Made by a program: the position numbers and the translations under genes. From the human T2T-CHM13v2.0 reference genome, Homo sapiens, in NCBI RefSeq assembly GCF_009914755.1, contig NC_060942.1: 64,000 nucleotides of DNA; one strand, 5' to 3'. The notes under the pieces were generated by a model. The model had not been told where the DNA came from, made no database searches, and saw nothing but the letters and a program-made list of their open reading frames with translations. Positions 31,284 through 48,959 of the stretch are shown piece after piece; position 1 is the first letter of the stretch, and every line of letters starts with the position of its first letter.

Positions 31284-33092
31284 TGGAATACATGGAGAGA
31301 AGGCCAGGCAAAGGGAATGGTGTGAACAAATGCAGAGGTATACATGAGCAATGAGTTCCTTGAGAACAGAGACTGTGTCTGTCTTATTCTGTGTATACCA
31401 ACACACATCAGTGGCTGCCTGATTGGTAGTTATTTGCTGGATGAATGAATAAACACTGTTCATCTTTGAATTCTACCCTAGCACTTTGACAGCAAAGAAC
31501 TTTGCTCAGAATAAGAAAAGCAGTCAGCCTCATCAATATTTCTTTTCCTGATTTCCCCTGCCTCACCTGTTCCTCATCCCAAGTTAAGAAAGGAAGGGAG
31601 TACCTCTTATTCATCCTTCTAAACTCATTTACATTCTTACACCCAGGCTTCTCTCAGTACTCACCAAACTCCTTTGCTACCTGGGTCTCAGAAACAAGAG
31701 AAGGTACCAGCCCTCCCACTCACTGAGCAGACAGATGACCGGTGCCAGGGAACTGTGTGTCTATTTGTACTCATAACAGCTCTAGGGGACTCCCAGCCTC
31801 ATAGCCCAACCTCCCATTTACACACTTGTAAATGGAGGAGGGGAGGGAGAGTGGGGTTTCTGGTCCTCCTGGTGCCAGTATGTTTCCAAGATGAAACTTA
31901 AGGCCCCAGAGAGTCCCACCCTCTTCTGGAGGGCTCTTTCAGGTAAATAATAGGTGCCCTGTGGGCCCAGATCCACTGTGGATTTTTAATGCATATCCTG
32001 GTAGGAGATGGTTCCTTGAAATCTAATTGCTTCCAAGACCTTAATATCAGCCATTTTATTGTGTACAAAGAATGCTCAGGAGAGCAAATGTGAACATGGG
32101 AAAGCCCATACCTCAAGGCATCTGGCTCAGTAAACAGTGTGTTCAGGAAACAGCAAAGGATTAAACAACCGTCAGGGCATCCATAGCCAGGACTCTTCGT
32201 CTGTGGTCTGCTGTACTCCGATTCCTTATGATCCCCACTCCTACTCCTCACTCAGCCCTGTTCCTTTACCTCTTATCCAAACACTTCCATAAGATTTCCT
32301 ATCAGTCACTGACCCCTCAGTCTAGTATAGCTCCAAGGGACTAGATTCTCCTATCTCTGGTTCTAGAGAAAAAGTTTATCCTTCCTAAAATGAGTTTTAG
32401 GCTCTGAGGCACAGGAGACGGTGAGACTTTGTATAGTGCTTATGACAGTGCTTACTTGAGGGAATTCTTCCCTGGATTCCTGAGATTCCTGAGTATTACT
32501 GCCTTCTTCACAGAAGCCCAACCCTGATTCTTTCAGATGGACTTATCCCTATTCCTCACATCCAAGCAGTATCAGATCCGAGAGGCTAAATAACTTGTTC
32601 TGGGCCAGGGAACTAAGTGCCCAAAACAGTAGTTCAATCCAGACCTGCTCCACCCTAGAGACGGAGACTGTAATACTCCTAAACTAGAGGAATGGGAAGT
32701 AGCACCAAAGGGCACAAAAAATGTGCACGTGTATGAAAATCTATTAACCTGAAGAGGCTGTTATTTCAGTGAGGGTATGAGCAAAAACGGAAATGCGCTC
32801 ATGCTAGAAATGCACACACAAACACATCCACAGCCAGATCAAAAGCATGGGATTCCTCCCTTAATAGACCTCCTAAAATAAATTTAGATGCATCAAGCTG
32901 GCAGATGGAGATGGGAAAGGGGCCTCCCCAAGAAGTCAAGTTCTGCTAAAGCTGCAGTGCCTAATAAGGTATTATCTTGCCTCTCTGATCATTTAAGTTA
33001 GAAAAGGGAGGCAATAACAAGAGGAAGTTGTATGGTTTCTCAGTGTTTATATCTGAGTGAAAAGAAAGAACCAACCAGAGTCATGAAAGTGA

Positions 33093-33453
<361 letters not shown>

Positions 33454-33619
33454 TAGACCAGATATGTATAGAAAAAAAGAGAAAACTACATATAAAAATA
33501 TTAACAACATTTTCCTTTGAGTGCAGAGATTACATTATTTTACATTTCTTTTTCTCTTTTGGTCATTTATTTTTTCTCTTGGTCTTTTTTTGGTCTTTTT
33601 TTCTCTTTTGGTCATTTCT

Positions 33620-33780
33620 TTTTATCTTTATTTAGAGACAGAGTCTGGCTCTATCACCACACTAGAGTGCAGTGACATGATCATAGCTCACTGCAGCCTC
33701 AAATTCCTGGGCTCAAGCAATCCTCCTGCCTTGGCCTCCCAAGTAGCTAGGACTACAAGCACGCACTGCCAGGACCAGCC
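33620..33780 (-). mobile_element. Alu monomer (FRAM/AluJ right arm)
   Basis: Diverged monomer flanked by TCTTTTGGTCATTTCT repeats. Confidence 0.75.
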
Positions 33781-35378
33781 ATCTTTTGGTCATTTCTGGA
33801 TTTTCACGGGTTTTTTTTTAATACTAAACAGAGATTGCTTTTATGATTACACATATAGGTATGTTTCAAAATTAATAATACATGAACAAATCCACAAAAT
33901 AGAAGGAAGAGCTTGGAAAATTTAGATAGAAATTCTAAGAATAATGTAGACATATCCAAAGTCCAGAGTAAACAGGACTTATGAAAACTGCTAAAGACCC
34001 CAGAGAGGCCAGTCAAGTTATGCTCAGACAGAGCAGAAAATCAAGGAAGGGGAAGGCCCATGGCCCAAAAAGAAGGCTCCAATGTTGAGGATCGACAAAG
34101 AGAAAGCAAAACTCAGCAACATCTCTCTCCGAACACCTTGTCTCCACCACAGGAAACTGTCCTCAAGTTGGAAAGGGCCCAATAGACACCACCATGAATT
34201 CCAGCCTAATACGGTATTTTAATGAAGACTCTTGGATGCAAGTGACATAAACCCAACTCCTATCAGCTGACAGTGAGGAGGGAGGGGGTTTGGAAAGAAG
34301 GGCAATTGGTGTTACTTTCTGAATCAGAAGAACTGCAGGATGTGGGCTCCTGGCCAGAAAGAGCCTTGGCGAGTCTCAGCACAGTCAGGAGGCTGCCTGT
34401 CTCTCTCCGTCTTCCTCTGTCACTATTGCACTGTTTTGTCTTCTCCCTCCCATTTGCTTTCTCTCAATCTTTCTCATCTCTGCTTGTCTCCCTAGGCTTC
34501 TATCTTCAGGGCAGGAAGATGACCACCCACAGCCCAGCAAACCCAGGAGGGAGAGAATTTCTCTCTCCCAGGGTCTCTAGAAGAATCCCAGGAAAGGGGT
34601 CTGACCATACTTCAGTTTCCACAGTTAGAACCAATCACCATTGCCCAGAATTTGGGTTCCACAATTAGCCAGGCCCAAGTCATGCACACCTCCCTTTGGC
34701 CATGTACTGGGACTAATATCCATACTCAGGAGAAAGAACCAGAGAGCCCCCAGGTACTCTCAGTTTGTCTCCAGGCTCAAATATTTTGTACCCTATCATT
34801 TTAAAATAAATATCTTAAGTATCGTCAGATTTATCAACAGTAATACTTGGTAAATTATGGAAAATAGGACATATTTGAAAAGGAAACACACATTTCTTTA
34901 AAGGGGACAAGCCATGTTTTGAAAGACACTCTAAAAGATCCCTAACATAGGCCTGAGTCCCCTGACGCTTCCATGCAAATCTTTTTTCCTTCTCAATGGA
35001 AGCAAATTTGGATTAATGGTAGTCACTGTTTATTGTACTTAAATAAGGTACACCAAGGCCTTTGTACACCTTCCACGGAATTGGTTGCTTATGTGCCCCC
35101 AGGAACAGTTAGTAGAGGGGCAGTGCTGGCCTTAGGTAAGGCCCTGGACAAGGCTCTACTGGCTTTCCTACCATGGAGTGAGCTCCTTTGGTATCTGAGA
35201 ACATTCTACTGGCTGGCAACCCTCACGGAAGGGCAGAAGCCAGGACAGCAATATTTGGCATTATAACGAAAGGGGGGTTGGTTCTGGGCATATGAGCTTT
35301 TGTACCAGTTGTAGCTCTTGTCAATAATAAAAATCAACTCTGGCTAACTTAGGCAGAAAAAGAACACATTGGTAGATC

Positions 35379-35789
<411 letters not shown>

Positions 35790-36671
35790 CTAGTTGGGAG
35801 GGCACTGCAGGCACTGCCGGTTCCACTGGACTGTCGATGCCACCGTCTCTGGACTCTTGTCTCTACCTTTACTTATCAGTAACCTATAACTTGTCCCTGC
35901 AAATTGCATTGTTCCTTCCAGGCTCAGAGTCCAGGTGGGATCCTCCAACAGCCCAGACATAGTCATGAACCCACCCTAAGCTGCCAAAGGCAGAGAGAGA
36001 AGCTGGCCCTTTGCAGATGCCATATTGGGAAGGAAACGCCTCCCACTAAGTCGCACAAACTGGGGAATTCTCCCAAATAGAGATGTGACTAAAAGGCAGC
36101 TAAAAACAGAACAAAACACCACAGGCTAACTATGTGTGTCTTCAAAATCTGCAGGGCGAGATTGCTTCAGCAGAGCTCCTAAGGGCAGAGCTGAGTTTGG
36201 GGGGCAGGAGATTTCAATTTAGATGAAGAAAATCTCCCTCAGGCTGAGAACTGCCTGAAGGTAGTTCCTGAAGGGCAGCCCATCCACACCTCAACTTATT
36301 GACACAGTTCAGAACAGAGCTTCTTGCACTCAGCAAGGCCTTCAAACCCCATGTCTTCTTGCATCCGCTTGTTAGAGCATAAGCTTCCCTGAGAGAGAGG
36401 ACCAATGTTTATTTATCTTTGTGTCTCATAGTGTCTAGCAGAGGATGCTGCACTGACAGAAACTGAACAAATTTGGCCACATAAAAATAAGCAGCCATTA
36501 TGCTACATGATGGCAGGTCAGATTTTCCAATCATGTAGCTGACAAGATGCTCAGCAAAAGACCTCCCACACAGCACAACTAAAAATGGTGGATTTTTAAA
36601 AGATGCTTATGAGCCAGTGGGAAAGGAAGAGAATTCCACAGAGGCTAGAAAGATTTAAAAAATGCAAATCC

Positions 36672-36951
36672 GCCGGGCGCGGTGGCTCACGCCTGTAATC
36701 CCAGCATTTTGGGAGGCCGAGGCGGGCGGATCACGAGGTCAGGAGATCGAGACCATCCTGGCTAATGTGGTGAAACGCCGTCTCTACTAAAAATACAAAA
36801 AAATTAGCTGGGCGTCGGGGCGGGTGCCTGTAGTCCCAGCTACTCAGGAGGCTGAGGCAGGAGAATAGAGTGAACCCGGGAGGCGGAACTTGCAGTCAGC
36901 CGAGATCATGCCACTGCACTCCAGCCTGGGTAACTGAGCAAGACTCCGTCT

Positions 36952-36987
<36 letters not shown>
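36672..36987 (+). mobile_element. AluY with 35-nt A tail
   Basis: CpG-rich, AluY diagnostics (GGATCACGAGGTCAGGAGATCGAGACCATCCTGGCT), TSD AAAAATGCAAATCC. Confidence 0.95.
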
Positions 36988-36989
<2 letters not shown>

Positions 36990-36997
36990 CAAATCCA

Positions 36998-37292
36998 GGC
37001 CGGGCGCGGTGGCTTACGCCTGTAATGCCAGCACTTTGGGAGGCCGAGGCGGGCAGATCACGAGGTCAGGAGATCGAGACCATCCTGGCTAACACGGTGA
37101 AATCCCGTCTCTACTAAAAATACAAAAAATTAGCCGGGCGTGGTGGCGGGTGCCTGTGGTCACAGCTACTCGGGAGGCTGAGGCAGGAGAATGGCGTGAA
37201 TCCAGGAGGCGGAGCTTGCAGTCAGCCGAGATCGTGCCACTGCACTCCAGCCTGGGAGACAGAGCAAGACTCCGTCTCAAAAAAAAAAAAAA
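36998..37292 (+). mobile_element. AluY
   Basis: AluY diagnostics (GAGAATGGCGTGAA, GGAGCTTGCAG), TSD AAAAATGCAAATCCAG. Confidence 0.95.
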
Positions 37293-37324
37293 TGCAAATC
37301 CAGTAGGTTAAGAACACACTAGAA

Positions 37325-37460
37325 GTCAAGAGCATGACACACACCTGTAGTCCCAGATACTGAAGAGGCTAAGGTGGGAGGATGGCTTGAGCTCAGGAGA
37401 TAGAAGCTGGAGTGAATTATGATCACACCTGTGAATAGCTACCACACGCCAGCCTGGGTA
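37325..37460 (+). mobile_element. FAM (fossil Alu monomer, 7SL-derived) lacking its 3' end
   Basis: CCTGTAGTCCCAG..GGAGGATGGCTTGAG..TATGATCACACCTGTGAATAGC..CCAGCCTGGG; the CCTGTGAATAGC motif is FAM/7SL-specific. Confidence 0.8.
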
Positions 37461-37701
37461 CAAACATAGACTTGCAAGACATGGCCTGTATGAGAAGAAA
37501 AAGACCACACGAAAGCAGCGAAAGAAGCACAAGAACGGAATGAAGAAAGCCAGGGACACTGCAAAGGCCAATATTGGTGCTGGCGAAAAGCCATAGGAGT
37601 AAAGATGCTACAGTGACATCATCTGCAGACATCGTGTGGATTTTTCATGAGCAGATTAATAAACTAAAAGCTCTCATGTGAAAAATAAAAAAAATTAAAA
37701 A
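37461..37701 (+). pseudogene. RPS24: 5'-truncated processed pseudogene of ribosomal protein S24 (eS24)
   Basis: Frame from 37462 reads [45 protein letters not shown], versus the RPS24 C-terminus [46 protein letters not shown]. Followed by RPS24-like 3' UTR, AATAAA (37658-37663) and A tail; intronless. Confidence 0.93.
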
Positions 37702-38295
37702 TTTTAAAGCAGTAATTCAATTCAGCAGAAAGAGAATAAGCTAATATATGGTGGTGGTACTGCTGCTGCTGCAACTATCTGGAAGAAAATTAAATGAACA
37801 CATATGTCTTATACTATATATTTTTAACCCCACTTGAATTAAAAGGTTGACTATTAAAAGTAAATATGGTAGAGGCTGGCTAGCTCCTGACAAATCCTTT
37901 TCCTCTTTCTGAGCACTGAGAAAGACAGTTTCCAGCCTCTCTTCCACTTTGGTTGAGACCGTGGGGCTGGGTTCCATGCAATGGAATACAGGAGGAAGTA
38001 ACAGAGAACACAAAAAATCCCTTGAGTAGGTGTCCTCTCTCTTGCTCCGTCTTCCTCTTCTGAAGTGACTGTGGGAGTCACATGTTGAAGATCCATCACA
38101 AATGGAAGGGATCTGAGTCCCCACCTCATTGCTCGGGATTGACTGTCCCACACATGGTAAGACTGATTGAAAACTAAGCCTCTCTTGTGCTGGCTACTGA
38201 GGCTTTGGAGTTGCTTGTTACCTTAAGTAGTACTCATTCCTGTATTACAGAAATGCAATAAAGATCTCACAAAGAGAATCTAGTAGACAATACAT

Positions 38296-38724
38296 TATTG
38301 GCTGAGTGTTTGTGTACCACCTCCAAATTCATATGTTAAAGCACCAACCCCAAGTGTAATGGCAGCAGGAGACGGGGCCTTTGAGAGGTGATTAGGGTCA
38401 TATGAGGCCACAAGGGTGAGGCCTTCATGATTAGATTAATGTCTTTATAAGAAGAGGAAGAGATACCAGAGCATTCATGAGCTCTCTCACTCCCTCACTC
38501 ACTTTCTCCCTCTTTCTCTCACTCTTCCTTTGTCTCCGCTATGTGAGGACACAGCAAGAAGGTGGCCATCTGCAAACCAAGAAGAGAGCCCTCACCAGAA
38601 ACTGAAATTGCCAGCACCTTGATCTTGGACATCCCAGCCTCCAGAATGGTGAGAAATAAATTTCTGATATTTAATCCACCGAGTCTGTAGTGTTTTGTAA
38701 TGACAAACCAAGCAGACTAAGACA
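38296..38724 (+). mobile_element. MLT1A-type MaLR LTR
   Basis: CCAAATTCATATGTT..GGGGCCTTTGAGAGGTGATTAGG..GTGAGGACACAGCAAGAAGGTGGCCATCTGC..AGAAATAAATTTCTG..GACTAAGACA. Confidence 0.82.
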
Positions 38725-38879
38725 TGATGTATATGAAATAGCAGAGAAGGTCTTCATAACTAAGACTGAGAACTAGAAGCTATTTTTTAAAAAAAAAAGA
38801 TAGGCATATTTTGACTGTTAAAAATTACAAGGAAAACAAGAAAATTTTGTACAGTAAAAGATTCCATAAACAAACTATA

Positions 38880-39092
38880 TTTGTCCCTTAGTCTACGCAG
38901 GGGATTGGTTTCAGGACCCCCTCTTATACCAAAAGTCAGTCCTGCAGAACTGGCATATATGAAAAGTTGGCCCTTTGTATATGGAATTTTTGCATTCCAT
39001 AAGTACTGTATTTTCAATCCACTTTTGGTTGAAAAAAATCTACATATAAGTGGAGCCATGCAGTTAAAACCCATATTATTCAAGGGTCAACT
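38880..39092 (-). mobile_element. MER8/Tigger2-derived TcMar element
   Basis: GGGGATTGGTTTCAGGACCCC at one end and TTCAAGGGTCAACT at the other. Confidence 0.7.
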
Positions 39093-39231
39093 TTACAGTA
39101 ATGCAGTTGCCCAAAGGAAAATATTTATAATACAGATGATATAAAGTTAGTTCTTAAAACATGCAAACAGCTCTTACAAGTGTGACAAGAAAAAGACAAT
39201 CATCACAAAGAAAAGTGGACAAATCAAATTA

Positions 39232-39855
<624 letters not shown>

Positions 39856-40310
39856 TTATAAAAATAAAATTGCCAGTACATGAGGATATATGCGTGAGGG
39901 TGTTTCTTACAGGATTGTTCATAGGGGGGGAAAATGAAAACAAATGAAATTACCATTAATAGAGACATAGCTAAATAAATGTGGGTATACCCACACCATG
40001 AAATATTATGCCATTATTTAAAAGAATGAATAAGACATAACAAATGGCTTAAAGAAGTCTTCAGCAAACATCGTTGAGTAAGAAAAGCAAACGACAGTCA
40101 AATGTTCATAACTCAATCCATTTTAATAAGTTAATCACCTCAAAATGCTGTATATGTAAATGTTTGTATGTACATATATATGCATGTATTATATGCATAC
40201 ATATCTGTTACATATATACACACGTATATGGCATGAAGAAATATGGCAGAGTGAATAGTTGTAAACATGGTTTACCTGAGGTTGGGGGCAGGATGATAAC
40301 GTGGAAGGAG

Positions 40311-41758
40311 TGAAACTGCCATTGCAGAATTATAGCTGAGACAATGAAAGAGATCTGACCTAACCAACCCCATCTTGCTTCTCACCTCCAAACTCTCCTT
40401 GTTCATTCCTGGGTGTAGGCTGACCTAACTCTGGGAGGAAGTTAGTTTATAGTTTAAAGTTTAAAACAAAGACAGTAACAGCCCTTTCCCAGAACAAACC
40501 CCCCTCTTGCCTGGGGGCTAGACTGCCTTTGTAGGACTAACAAATTAGCTACAAGATTAGAAATTATGGTTTAGCCACAATGAGATACCATCTCATGCCA
40601 GTTAGAATGGCGATCATTAAAAAGCCAGGAAACAACAGATGCTGGAGAGGATGTGGAGAAATAGGAACGCTTTTACACTGTTGGTGGGGTGTAAATTAGT
40701 TCAACCACTGTGGAAGACAGTGTGGCCATTCCTCAAGGATCTAGAACTAGAAATACCATTTGACCTAGTGATCCCATTACTGGGTATACACCCAAAGGAT
40801 TATAAATCATGCTACTATAAAGACACATGCACATGTGTGTTTACTGCAGCACCATTCACAATAGCAAAGACTTGGAGCCAACCCAAATGTCCATCAATGA
40901 TAGACTGGATTAAGAAAATGTGGCACATATACACCATGGAATACTATGCAGCCATAAAAAAGATTGACTTCATGTCCTTTGCAGGGACATGGATGAAGCT
41001 GGAAACCAACATTCTCAGAAAACTATCACAAGGACAGAAAACCAAACACCACATGTTCTCACTCATAGGTCGGAATTGAACAATGAGATCACATGGACAC
41101 AGGGCGGGGAACATCACACACCAGGGCTTGTGGGGGGTGGAGGGTGGGGGACTGGGGGAGGGATAGCATTAGGAGAAATACCTAATGCAAATGATAAGTT
41201 GACGGGTGCAGCAAACCAACATGGCACATGTATACCTATGTAACAAACCTGCAGGTTGTGCACATGTACCCTAGAAGTTAAAGTATAATAAAAATTTTTT
41301 AAAAAAAAAGAAATTATGGTTTAGGAGTCATGACAATGGAGGCTGCAAGATTCTGACCCTCCCTAAACTGCTCCCAAGATCAGTGCCTGACATATCTTGC
41401 AGACACTGCAGTTGATGGATCAGCTGGCACCACCTGGATCGATAAACTGGTTCATCTTATCTTGTGGCCCCCACCCAGGAACTGACTCAGTACAAGAGGA
41501 CACCTTCAACTTCCCATGATTTCATCTCCAACCCAACCAGTCAGCACTCTCGACTCACAGGACTTCCTCCACCCACCAAATTATCCTTAAAAACTCTGAT
41601 TTCCAAATGTTTGGGGAGACTGATTTGAATAATAAAAAAACTCCAATCTCCTCCACAGCCCGCTTTCTGTGTGAATTACTCTTTCTCTATTGCAATTCCC
41701 CTGTCTTGATAAGTCAGCTCTGTCTAGGCAGCAGGCAAGACACAGACCAGCTGTTACA
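40311..41758 (+). mobile_element. LTR8 (ERV1) solo LTR split by an L1 insertion
   Basis: Starts TGAAACTGCCATTGCAGAATTAT, ends GCTGTTACA; the halves rejoin across the L1 TSD. Confidence 0.8.
40575..41308 (+). mobile_element. 5'-truncated L1PA (approx. PA7/PA8) 3' end
   Basis: ORF2 C-terminus plus 3' UTR and A tail; perfect 16-bp TSD AGAAATTATGGTTTAG (40559-40574 and 41309-41324). Confidence 0.92.
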
Positions 41759-43217
41759 AGAGGAAGGGAAAAAAGGAGGAATAAAGAGCAAATCAAAAAA
41801 CAATAAAGGGGGGGAAATTGCACACAGATGAGTATATATACAATCATATTTTTGCAGCTATTAAATTTATGTTTGTGGGAGGTTAGATATCCAAGGATAT
41901 TAAGTTGAAAATGTCTTGTTTTTCAGAGCAGTAGAGTAGCTGCACTATCTCAATTCAGGGAAACCCAGTCCTGAGGGCCCTGCAGCCTAGACCAGGTCAT
42001 TGGGACAGAAATTTTGGAAAGTTTTGGAAAGTCTCTGCCTACATCAGAAGCATAACAAGACCTGTCCTTCCAGCGGCACAGCCTTGAGCGGCCACCTGTT
42101 GGCCTCCATCTCTGTAGCAGGTGACCCAAATGTTAGGGCCAAAACCACAACAGAAACCAAAATCCAGAAAACCTCAGCAGGTCCCGCTTCCCCTGACTTG
42201 CAAATGACTCTCAAACTCTTGGAAATTCAACCCTCAGCATTCAGCCACAAGTCCTTGCCTCTCTTCTTTTAAAGCCCTGTAGTGTGTGGCAAGAGGTCAG
42301 GTCTTAGGAGGCTGCCAACATCTCTGACTGTCACCACCTGTGTGCCCTTGGGCAAATTCCTATCTCTGAGGCTTTGCTTCTTCATCTATACAACTAGAAT
42401 GGGGAATGTTGCAATCTATCAGGGTTGCATTACTCATGCAAAGATTACTCATGTAAAACACTCAGAAAGAAGTTGAAATTTACTACAGATTTGTTGATTC
42501 TCTTATGATTGTTAATCGTGTCATTGTTTTGGGGACAGGCTCAGGAGACTGGGCCTGATGGGAGGTCAGGGAGATGTGTGACTTTCCTTGTGATCACAGC
42601 AACAGAAGGGTTTTTCCAGCTTGCAAATGACCTCTCAAAATAACCTGAATTTCCACCCAGGGCTGGTGGGAATGTAAGCTGATACAAACTTCGGGGAAAT
42701 AATGAGGTGGAAGATAGTAACTGGCTTAAGAACATAAAGGGCAGAGGAGTGGAGGTTGAGACTCAGCGTCCTAGGATTAAGAGAAACCTGTCCTGGTCAT
42801 CCCACTCCTGAAAGTCTGTCCTAAAGGACTTCTACACCAAAATGGTCATTTCAGATTTACTTATAGTAACTTAAAAGTAAGGTAGAGTTGGAAACAACTC
42901 AAATATGCAAAAAGTAAGCAAATTTGTTAAGCAAAATAAGCATATACTTTTGGCAGGTTGTCATGTAGCCATTGAAAATGATGGTTACAGAGTTTTTGTT
43001 TTTGTTTTTGTTTTTAATAATTATTATACTTTAAGTTTTAGGGTACTGTGCAGTTTTGTTACATATGTATACATGTGCCATGTTGGTGTGCTGCACCCAT
43101 TAACTCATCATTTAGCATTAGGTATCTCTCCTAATGCTAACCCTCCCCCCTCCCCCCACCCCACAACAGTCCCCAGAGTGTGATGTTCCCCTTCCTGTGT
43201 CCATGTGTTCTCATTGT

Positions 43218-47042
<3,825 letters not shown>

Positions 47043-47099
47043 TATGATGTTAGCTGGTTATTTTGCTCGTTAGTTGATGCAATTTCTTCCTAGGCTTGA

Positions 47100-48120
47100 C
47101 GGTCTTTACAATTTGGCATGTTTTTGCAGTGGCTGGTACTGGTTGTTCCTTTCCATGTTTAGTGCTTCCTTCAGTAGCTCTTTTAGGATAGGCCTGGTGG
47201 TGACAAAATCTCTCAGCATTTGCTTGTCTGTAAAGTATTTTATTTCTCCTTCACTTATGAAGCTTAATTTGGCTGGATATGAAATTCTGGGTTGAAAATT
47301 CTTTTCTTTAAGAATGTTGAATATTGGCCCCCACTCTCTTCTGGCTTGTAGAGTTTCTGCCGAGAGATCAGCTGTTAGTCTGATGGGCTTCCCTTTGTGA
47401 GTAACCTAACCTTTCTCTCTGGCTGCCCTTAACATTTTTTCCTTCATTTCAACTTTGGTGAATCTGACAATTATGTGTCTTGGAATTGCTCTTCTCGAGG
47501 AGTATTTTTGTGGCATTCTCTGTATTTCCTGCATTTGAATGTTGGCCTGCCTTGCTAGATTGGGGAAGTTCTCCTGGATAATATCCTGCAGAGTGTTTTC
47601 CAATTTGGTTCCATTCTCCCCGTCACTTTCAGGTACACCAATCAGATGTAGATTTGGTCTTTTCACATAGTCCCATATTTCTTGGAAGCTTTGTTCGTTA
47701 CTTTTTATTCTTTTTTCTCTAAACTTCTCTTCTCACTTCATTTCATTCATTTTGTCTTCCATCACTGGTACCCTTTCTTCCAGTTGATCACATCGGCTAC
47801 TGAGGCTTGTGCATTCGTCACGTAGTTCTTGTGCCGTGGTTTTCAGCTCCATCAGGTCCTTTAAGGACTTCTCTGCATTGGTTATTCTAGTTAGCCATTT
47901 GTCTAATTTTTTTTCAAGCGTTTTAACTTCTTTGCCATTGGTTCGAACTTCCTCCTTTAGCTCAGAGTAGTTTGATCTTCTGAAGCCTTCTCCTCTCAAC
48001 TCGTCAAAGTCATTCTCCATCCAGCTTTGTTACGTTGCTGGTGAGGAGCTGCGTTCCTTTGGAGGAGGAGAGGCACTCTGATTTTTAGTTTCTGGTTTTT
48101 CTGCTCTGTTTTTTTCCCAT
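47100..48120 (-). pseudogene. Disrupted L1 ORF1
   Basis: Fragments MENDFDELR.. and KRPNLHLIGVPE..ENFPNLARQANIQ..PRHIIVRF; premature stop at 47406. Confidence 0.9.
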
Positions 48121-48695
48121 CTTTGTGGTTTTATCTACCTTTGGTCTTTGATGATGGTGACGTACAGATGGGTTTTTGGTGTGGATGTCCTTTCTGTTTG
48201 TTAATTTTCCTTCTAACAGTCAGGACCCTCAGCTGCAGGTCTGTTGGAGTTTGCTGGACGTCCACTCCAGACCCTGTTTGCCTGGGTATCAGCAGCGGTG
48301 GCTGCAGAACAGCGGATATTGGAGAACCGCAAATGCTGCTGCCTGATCCTTCCTCTGGAAGTTTTGTCTCAGAGGTGCACCCGGTCATGTGAAGTGTCAG
48401 TCCGCCCCTACTGGGGGGTGCCTCCCAGTTAGGCTACTCAGGGGTCAGGGACCCACTTGAGGAGGCAGTCTGCCTGTTCTCAGATCTCAAGCTGCGTGCT
48501 GGGAGAACGACTACTCTCTTCAAAGCTGTCAGACAGGGACATTTAAGTCTGCAGAGGTTACTGCTAACTTTTGTTTGTATGTGCCCTGCCCCCAGAGGTG
48601 CAGCCTGCAGAGTCAGGCAGGCCTCCTTGAGCTGTGTTGGGCTCCACCCAGTTCGAGTTTCCCGGCCGCTTTGTTCACCTACTCAAGCCTCAGCA

Positions 48696-48959
48696 ATGGC
48701 GGGTGACCCTCAGCCAGGCTCACTGCTGCCTTGCAGTTTGATCTCAGACTGCTGTGCTAGCAATGAGCGAGGCTCCGTGGGCATAGGACCCTCCAAGCCA
48801 TGTGCGGGATATCATCTCCTGGTGTGCCATTTGTTAAGCCCGTTGGAAAAGCACAGTATTAGGGTGGGAGTGACCCGATTTTCCAGGTGCCATCTGTCAC
48901 CCCTTTCTTTGACTAGGAAAGGGAATTCCCTGACCCCTTGCGCTTCCCAGGTGAGGTGA
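48696..48959 (+). CDS. L1 antisense ORF0 homolog (open, 87 aa)
   Basis: MAGDPQPGSLLPCSLISDCCASNERGSVGIGPSKP...IRVGVTRFSRC matches primate L1 ORF0; ATG context GCAATGG. Expression unproven. Confidence 0.6.
   Translation: MAGDPQPGSLLPCSLISDCCASNERGSVGIGPSKPCAGYHLLVCHLLSPLEKHSIRVGVTRFSRCHLSPLSLTRKGNSLTPCASQVR

Noticed and set aside
37325-37460. Functional 7SL RNA gene
   Set aside because: The S domain is absent and the sequence is heavily diverged; it is a FAM monomer.
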